Shown piece by piece: positions 58,251 through 64,000 of a DNA stretch of 64,000 bases; within the stretch, counting starts at the first letter, position 1, and the number at the start of each line of letters is the position of its first letter. The notes below the pieces were generated by a model, which worked only from the letters and a program-made list of their open reading frames with translations, was not told the DNA's origin and made no database searches. Made by a program: the position numbers and the translations under genes. This DNA is from Candidatus Kapaibacterium sp. (GTDB lineage: Bacteria > Bacteroidota > Ignavibacteria > Kapaibacteriales > UBA2268), in contig OY761611.1 in assembly GCA_963664875.1 (NCBI GenBank), positions 3,040,001 through 3,104,000 on the forward strand. Direction: 5' to 3'.

Positions 58251-58480
58251 TTTCCGTTTCTTTTGCTTTTTACCGCAAAAAAAAGAAAAAGAAATGGAAA
58301 AAGTAACACCAATTTATTCTATAAATCACTAGTAAAGGGAAGTCTTCTCGCCCTTACAGAGCTCCGATGTTTAATCGATATAGAAAACCCGGGGCGCGCT
58401 GCCCCGGGCTAAAATCTTTGAGGCTTTCAGCCTCCTTTTTGCAAGCATTATATACCTGAACAAGGGGCTTCAGCCCCTTG
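58251..58480. repeat. Cluster of REP-like palindromes
   Basis: TTTCCGTTTCTTTT..AAAAGAAATGGAAA (58251-58300), GCCCTTACAGAGC, CCCGGGGC-gcgct-GCCCCGGG (58388-58408), AGGCTTTCAGCCT (58421-58433), CAAGGGGCTTCAGCCCCTTG (58461-58480). Confidence 0.55.
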
Positions 58481-58493
58481 CCCATATAAATAC

Positions 58494-59759
58494 TTACAAT
58501 CCCTTCTTACCAATATCATTTCTGTAGAAATGATTGTTGAAGTTGATTTTTTTAACGCCGATGTAGGCTTTGTCAATTGCTTCTTGCAGGTTGTTGCCAA
58601 GACCTGTAACACCAAGAACTCTGCCGCCGTTGGAAACAACTTTGCCGTCAGCATTTTTTGTGCCTGCTTGGTAGACAATTAAGTCTTCATTTTCTGCATC
58701 AGCCATACCTTTGATTTCAAAGCCACTTTCGCATTTGCCCGGATAGCCGTCCGAAGCCATCACAACGCAGCAGGCAGATTTGGCAGCCACACTGCGGATA
58801 GTGGATTTATCCAATTTTCCTTTAGCAGCACTATCCAAAAGAGCTGCAAAATCAGCATCCAAAATAGCAAGCACAGCCTGAGTTTCAGGGTCGCCAAAGC
58901 GCACATTAAACTCTACAACGCGCGGGTTGCCGTCCTTAATCATCAACCCGGCATAAAGGCAGCCGATATATGGCGAACCTTCAGCTTTCATACCCTCCAA
59001 AACAGGCGCAATAATATCTTTATGAGCTATTGTAATCACCTCATCAGTAGCAACCTTCGCAGGAGCGTAAGCACCCATGCCACCTGTATTCAAGCCCAAA
59101 TCGCCGTCAAAAGCACGTTTATGATCCTGAGACGGAGCAAGCGTAACAAAGTCATCGCCATCGCAAATAGCAAAAACAGAAGCCTCTTCGCCCTCCATAA
59201 ACTCTTCAATAACGATGCGATCCGAAGCAGCACCAAACATCCCGCCGAACATCTCATCAAGCTGAGAGATAGCTTCATCAGCAGTTTCAGGGATAAGTAC
59301 ACCTTTACCGCCTGCAAGCCCGTCCGCTTTCAGCACAACCGGGAAATTAGCTTTGATAAAGTCAATAGCTTGCGCCTTCTGAGAAGCATCAAAAGTCTCA
59401 TAAGCCGCAGTCGGGATTTGATATTTCGCCATAAAATCTTTGGCAAATCCCTTAGAAGCTTCCAACATAGCAGATTTCTGCTTAGGTCCAAAAACAAACA
59501 GACCTTTCTCAGTTAAAGCATCAGCCATGCCGTCCGCAAGCGGCTGCTCAGGGCCAACAACAACAAGCGAAATGCCATTAGCATTGCAAAACTCAGCCAC
59601 GGCATCAAAATTTTTAATATCAATATCAGCTTTTTTAGCAATAGTCAAAATGCCCGGATTGCCCGGAGCCACAAAAATCTCACCGGCAGATTTGGATTTA
59701 GCCAAAGCAAGCGTGATAGCATGCTCCCTGCCCCCACCACCAATAACAAGAATATTCAT
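58494..59759 (-). CDS. purD: Phosphoribosylamine--glycine ligase
   Basis: GGGGREHA, GPEQPL, LEASK, KADGLAGGKGV, QDHKR, NTGGMGAY and EFNVRFGDPETQ motifs. Alternative start 59774. Confidence 0.97.
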   Translation of the reverse strand: MNILVIGGGGREHAITLALAKSKSAGEIFVAPGNPGILTIAKKADIDIKNFDAVAEFCNANGISLVVVGPEQPLADGMADALTEKGLFVFGPKQKSAMLEASKGFAKDFMAKYQIPTAAYETFDASQKAQAIDFIKANFPVVLKADGLAGGKGVLIPETADEAISQLDEMFGGMFGAASDRIVIEEFMEGEEASVFAICDGDDFVTLAPSQDHKRAFDGDLGLNTGGMGAYAPAKVATDEVITIAHKDIIAPVLEGMKAEGSPYIGCLYAGLMIKDGNPRVVEFNVRFGDPETQAVLAILDADFAALLDSAAKGKLDKSTIRSVAAKSACCVVMASDGYPGKCESGFEIKGMADAENEDLIVYQAGTKNADGKVVSNGGRVLGVTGLGNNLQEAIDKAYIGVKKINFNNHFYRNDIGKKGL

Positions 59760-59763
59760 AAGG

Positions 59764-60534
59764 TTAGAGTCCATTTAAAAAGTTAATACTGGCACCGCCA
59801 TCAATAGTAAATTCCTGACCTGTTATCCATTTTGCCTTGTCAGAAATCAAAAAGGCTGCAAGGTAAGCAACATCTTCAACTTTGCCAAATCCTAATGGAT
59901 AAGCGGATTCAATTTTCTTTAGATACTCCTGTCTTGCAGAATTATCTGTAACAGTCATTTCCGTAAGAATATGCCCTGGAAGGATAGAGTTAATTCTAAG
60001 TCCGGTTTTAGCAAACTCCAAAGCGACAGAACGCATTGCTGCATTAAGAGCTGATTTTGACGCGCTGTAATTTGCAACTGCAGGAATGCCTATATTGGCA
60101 GTGATAGAACTAATAAGGACAACAGATGCACCATTGCCCGTATTATGTTTACGTTTTTGAAATGATTTAAGTAAAGCGATGTTAGCAAAGTAATTAATAT
60201 CAAAAAGCTTCTTCGCTTTATCGTAATTACTGATAGATATTGGTTCAGTCAGCTCAATCCCGGCATTCAAAACCATTGCGTCTAAAGCACCGTAGGCTTC
60301 AGTTAAAGATTTGATATAGTAAGGCATATTTTCAATATCCTGACTCAAATCTCTCGATTCAGGATGAAAACGGTCATGATTTGCCGATTGCTTTTTTACT
60401 TCTTCGAGCTCTTTCATTCTACGAGAAACACCAATAACATTAGCTCCAAGAGAATTTAAAAGTAGGGATATTCCTTTCCCAATACCTGTGCTTGCACCGG
60501 TTACCAAAATATTCTTATTTGATAGGTCTATCAT
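59764..60534 (-). CDS. SDR-family oxidoreductase (FabG-like)
   Basis: TGASTGIG, NAG, YSASK and INSILPG motifs. Confidence 0.9.
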   Translation of the reverse strand: MIDLSNKNILVTGASTGIGKGISLLLNSLGANVIGVSRRMKELEEVKKQSANHDRFHPESRDLSQDIENMPYYIKSLTEAYGALDAMVLNAGIELTEPISISNYDKAKKLFDINYFANIALLKSFQKRKHNTGNGASVVLISSITANIGIPAVANYSASKSALNAAMRSVALEFAKTGLRINSILPGHILTEMTVTDNSARQEYLKKIESAYPLGFGKVEDVAYLAAFLISDKAKWITGQEFTIDGGASINFLNGL

Positions 60535-60773
60535 TATAACTTATTAGCTAAAAATTCTACCATATTAACTATTACACCTAATTTGTGCTCTTCGAGATCT
60601 TCCATTGATACTTCAAAACCAAATTCCTCTTCGATCTGAGTCAAATAGTTGATAAGTTCTAAAGAGTCTAATACGCCATCAGAAATAAGAGGTGCATTCT
60701 CATCAAAATTTGTCTCGTCTTTGATGTCTTCTAGAATCTCGTAAAGTTTTGCTTTAATTTCTTGCTTATTCAT
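60534..60773 (-). CDS. Acyl carrier protein
   Basis: Acidic 79-aa protein with GVLDSLE phosphopantetheine site and IEEEFG. Confidence 0.88.
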   Translation of the reverse strand: MNKQEIKAKLYEILEDIKDETNFDENAPLISDGVLDSLELINYLTQIEEEFGFEVSMEDLEEHKLGVIVNMVEFLANKL

Positions 60774-60788
60774 AATATCATTCCTTAT

Positions 60789-61754
60789 TTAAATATGTCT
60801 ATATAAAACATTTGACCAAGATAAACCAACTCCGAATCCGGCAAAAACTACTAAGTCACCTTTTTGGAGTTCTCCTTCGTCTAAAACTTTTTTGAAAGCA
60901 ATTGGTATAGTTGAAGAGACAGTATTACCTGTCATTTGCATAGAAATAACCATCTGACTGTCTTCAATTTTAAGCCTTTTTTGCAGCTCAGAAAGCATAT
61001 ATTTATTTGCTTGATGAAATACAAATTTCTTGATATCACTGCTGCTTATGTTATTCTTTTCGTATAACTTTTTGAGGTATTTAGGGACTGTCATCATAGA
61101 AAACTTGAAGATTTCTCTACCATCCATATATAGATAGTTGTCTTTTTCTTCGTTGACTGCTACGCCACTATTCCAAGCAACTAATTTTTCAGCACCACTA
61201 CCATCTGTACCGTAATTAAAATCAAGAACACCATAACCATCTTCGCAAGGTGTAATTAGTGCTGCCGCTGCGGCATCACCAAATATAGAAGCAGTATTTC
61301 TATCTTTGAAATTGGTAATTTTTGAGTATTGCTCAGACATGATAATCAAAGCATTTTTGATTGCTCCTGTTTTAATCATATTTCCGGCAATAGGAAGAGA
61401 ATGTGTAAAACCCGAACAGCCTAAGTTAATGTCAAAAGCCATAATATCTTTATGCAAACCAAGTTTGTCCTGCACTATACATGCAGTTGTTGGCAGTTTA
61501 TAATCAGGATTTTGAGTACAAACAATAAGCATATCTATTTCATCATTAGCAATATTATGCTTATCAAGTAACTTCCGAGCAGCCTTAGTTGCCATATCAG
61601 AAGTGGTTTCTTCAGGTTTTGCTATACGTCTTTCTTTTATACCAACTTTGTTTTCAGTAAATTCTTTATCAATTTCACATTCTTTTTGCAAATAGTCATT
61701 GTCTATAACAACTTCAGGAACATAGTACTCAATATCATGTATCTTATAATTCAT
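60789..61754 (-). CDS. 3-oxoacyl-ACP synthase III (FabH-like)
   Basis: DINLGCSGF, FGDAAAA, FHQAN, GNTVSSTIP and GFGVGLSW give the Cys-His-Asn triad; GAGGA precedes ATG 61754. Confidence 0.92.
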   Translation of the reverse strand: MNYKIHDIEYYVPEVVIDNDYLQKECEIDKEFTENKVGIKERRIAKPEETTSDMATKAARKLLDKHNIANDEIDMLIVCTQNPDYKLPTTACIVQDKLGLHKDIMAFDINLGCSGFTHSLPIAGNMIKTGAIKNALIIMSEQYSKITNFKDRNTASIFGDAAAAALITPCEDGYGVLDFNYGTDGSGAEKLVAWNSGVAVNEEKDNYLYMDGREIFKFSMMTVPKYLKKLYEKNNISSSDIKKFVFHQANKYMLSELQKRLKIEDSQMVISMQMTGNTVSSTIPIAFKKVLDEGELQKGDLVVFAGFGVGLSWSNVLYRHI

Positions 61755-61782
61755 ATCATCCTCGTTTAATGGAGTAAGCTTT

Positions 61783-62907
61783 TTATTTATCAATCGTATT
61801 TTTTGAGAAAAAATTGTATGCTTCTGTTAAACTCATATATAATACTTCATTTTTTGCTTTTTGGTTCAACTGCTCGAGTATAATCTCTAAGTTTTTTGTG
61901 TTATGTATATCCTTAGTATGGCCTATTGCAACCACAGGCAATACATCATCACCTTTTCTCTTAGTGAGTTTCAAAATCTCCTTAACAAAAACTGTTGCAG
62001 GCAAGTCATCATAACTGAGTTGGATATACTCTGATTTAATCAAAGCCTTCTTTATCAAGTTTAGCTTAGTAAAAAGTCCTTTCCTAAGTTTTCGGTTTTT
62101 CCGAGGATATCTTTTATCTTTAACTTTTTCTTTTTCGATTTGCCAATTAATCTCTTCCTCTATTCCGTTCGCTCTGTAAAATAAACTATAGTATAAGTTT
62201 GGTAAAAACTTTTTGACGATTAGGGAGTGAGTTTTTTTAAAAGAGTAGATAGGGAACTCAAGCATTTTTGCATGATCTTTAGGTACTTTCCTATTGTAGT
62301 TGTCGCTAAAATACCATGGTTTTACGTTTGAATGAGCATCTCTAAAATCGTACAAATCTTTATGATACCATCCTTTCGTAACTGAAGTATCATATAATAG
62401 ACCATTGCTGTATAGACAATCTATAAGTGGTTGCGCAGGTTGAGTGCAATACGAACCGGATCTAAAGCCAATTGTTTTATAATCTTGTTTAGCCTTTTTT
62501 GCTACAACTTCTAAATAGTTTTTTGCTTGTTGAACATAACCATCACATTCTTTTCTGTTCAATTTAGCAATAGACCATTTCTCCATATTTAGATTCCATC
62601 TGCCATCTTCATAGTCAGCATCTATCCATTGAGGATGAAGATGTAACTGCACATCGTGTCCTTCTTTTAAAGCAAGTTCAACATTTTCTTCCCATGCATT
62701 CGCTACGTTCTGAAAATCAGGCTCATTCTCAATATTTTTTAAATATGTTAGTTGTTGTGCTACTTCTGCAAAAAAAGTCATTTTTGCATTATATTTATTA
62801 AAAAGCTTAACAATTTTTTGCAAGGGCTCAGCCTGAATCTCAAAGAAATCACCTGAACCATCGCCATATAGTTCCCAGTCATTTGTGAAAATGAGTGCAA
62901 TTTTCAT
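61783..62907 (-). CDS. Polysaccharide deacetylase-like (NodB/CE4 fold) protein
   Basis: TNDWELYG, K.TFF.E, GHDVQLHLHPQW, GFRSG.Y, YDTSV and IGHTK motifs. Confidence 0.75.
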   Translation of the reverse strand: MKIALIFTNDWELYGDGSGDFFEIQAEPLQKIVKLFNKYNAKMTFFAEVAQQLTYLKNIENEPDFQNVANAWEENVELALKEGHDVQLHLHPQWIDADYEDGRWNLNMEKWSIAKLNRKECDGYVQQAKNYLEVVAKKAKQDYKTIGFRSGSYCTQPAQPLIDCLYSNGLLYDTSVTKGWYHKDLYDFRDAHSNVKPWYFSDNYNRKVPKDHAKMLEFPIYSFKKTHSLIVKKFLPNLYYSLFYRANGIEEEINWQIEKEKVKDKRYPRKNRKLRKGLFTKLNLIKKALIKSEYIQLSYDDLPATVFVKEILKLTKRKGDDVLPVVAIGHTKDIHNTKNLEIILEQLNQKAKNEVLYMSLTEAYNFFSKNTIDK

Positions 62908-62908
62908 A

Positions 62909-63787
62909 TTATTTCCTATAAGCTTTGCTGTAAATTGCCTTACCTGATTTAGCTAATTCAATCATCTTGTCGAATAATTTCTGACCATCTGCAACAAAAA
63001 AAGGTTGATCTTTAAAAGTAAAATCCCGACAAATCTCATCAGGAACTAATCTAGCAAAATACAAAGGCAAATCAAAATCCATTTTAGACATATTATGAGC
63101 TAAGGTTTGCACGTTTAACTTCTGTCCATTATAATCTATGCAAGTTGAATCAAAAGGTTTTGGATAATATACCTTGTGTTGAAATTCTTCTGCAAAGTAA
63201 TCATCTATACAATGCACACAAGATAAGTAAGTAGTTTTGACACCAATCCCAATTATCTTTGTACCTTTTTCGATTGCTTTATAATAAGGACTACTTTTAC
63301 TGTATGGATATATGCTTTTATCATGATCGGCTGTTAGCCATTCAGAATCCTTTCCTAGTGCAGTAACAGATTTTGTAGGATGTAAACTGCGTTTCGCACC
63401 TTTACTTCTACGCAACAGCTCATTCAAAAAGCCGGTATAAGTAGGAGTTTTCTTTATATCAAATATTTGGTTAGACTTTAAAAATCTATACGATGTCAAT
63501 TTAGGATAAGTTGGCATAAGAATATTGCCCTGCTCACCAATCAAATCCTTTAAAATATTTATAAGCTTCATAGGTGAAAAATCTAAATTCAAATTATTGA
63601 CAGAACTATGCACAAATACTGTATCTCCAGGGTGTATTTGCATATTTGCTGTCAGTATTTCAATCATTTCTTCATAAGATATCTTATCTTTTAATAAAGT
63701 TTTTTCTCTTTCTAACTGTAACTTTTTTTTGACTTGTGTTTCTATGTATATATCGGGTACTATTTTTTTAATAAGCTCTTTTATCAT
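62909..63787 (-). CDS. AAC(3)-family (Antibiotic_NAT) N-acyltransferase
   Basis: GDTVFVHSS, G.ILMPT, TG.L.E..R, RSLHPTKSV.A.G, SPY, IGV and catalytic-type VH..D motifs. Confidence 0.82.
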   Translation of the reverse strand: MIKELIKKIVPDIYIETQVKKKLQLEREKTLLKDKISYEEMIEILTANMQIHPGDTVFVHSSVNNLNLDFSPMKLINILKDLIGEQGNILMPTYPKLTSYRFLKSNQIFDIKKTPTYTGFLNELLRRSKGAKRSLHPTKSVTALGKDSEWLTADHDKSIYPYSKSSPYYKAIEKGTKIIGIGVKTTYLSCVHCIDDYFAEEFQHKVYYPKPFDSTCIDYNGQKLNVQTLAHNMSKMDFDLPLYFARLVPDEICRDFTFKDQPFFVADGQKLFDKMIELAKSGKAIYSKAYRK

Positions 63788-64000
63788 AGTTTTTCTCTCA
63801 AGATTTACATCTATACAATATAACACTTGGATAGTTAATATACTCTAATAAAGTAAAATTTTTATGATGCAAATCTTCGAGAAGAGACCTGAAATTATCA
63901 TAATTAATTTGTAATATCAAAAAAATCAAGTATCTTGAAAATAAACAACATTCTATTTTCATGTGGAGATTATATAATGAGGCGTATTTTATATCTATTA

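Noticed and set aside
58209-58412. 67-aa plus-strand ORF
   Set aside because: Low-complexity translation of the REP-like palindromes.
62909-63787. Aminoglycoside resistance gene aac(3)
   Set aside because: Family-level similarity only. The biosynthetic operon context and lack of mobile elements argue against a resistance call.
1-64000. CRISPR arrays, tRNA/rRNA genes, integrases, transposases, prophage genes
   Set aside because: No regularly spaced repeats, RNA-gene signatures or such protein motifs were seen by eye. A covariance-model scan would be needed to exclude small RNAs fully.

Overview
AT-rich bacterial chromosomal window. T9SS C-terminal sorting domains, a TonB-dependent receptor, a CcoNO fusion and flagellar regulators together suggest an FCB-group organism such as Ca. 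Kapabacteria or Ignavibacteria (inference). It holds about 60 CDSs. Housekeeping genes: glmM, kdsB, plsY, gpsA, radA, obgE, purD, mscS, lolC/E-like. Modules: motB-fliW-csrA-response regulator operon; cbb3 oxidase ccoI-S-NO-Q-P; a trimeric [FeFe]-hydrogenase with non-bifurcating signatures; Rrf2/hcp; two two-component systems; three T9SS-type secreted proteins; an orphan very AT-rich HEPN-motif gene next to REP-like palindromes; and an AAC(3)-like/deacetylase/FabH/ACP/SDR acylation operon running into purD. I found two small CDSs absent from the ORF track (ccoS and a 59-aa membrane protein) and several candidate regulatory sites (sigma28 promoter, CsrA hairpin, Rrf2, MarR and OmpR boxes, a possible sRNA). 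No rRNA, tRNA, CRISPR array, integrase or transposase was recognised. All family calls come from motif recognition by eye, not database searches.
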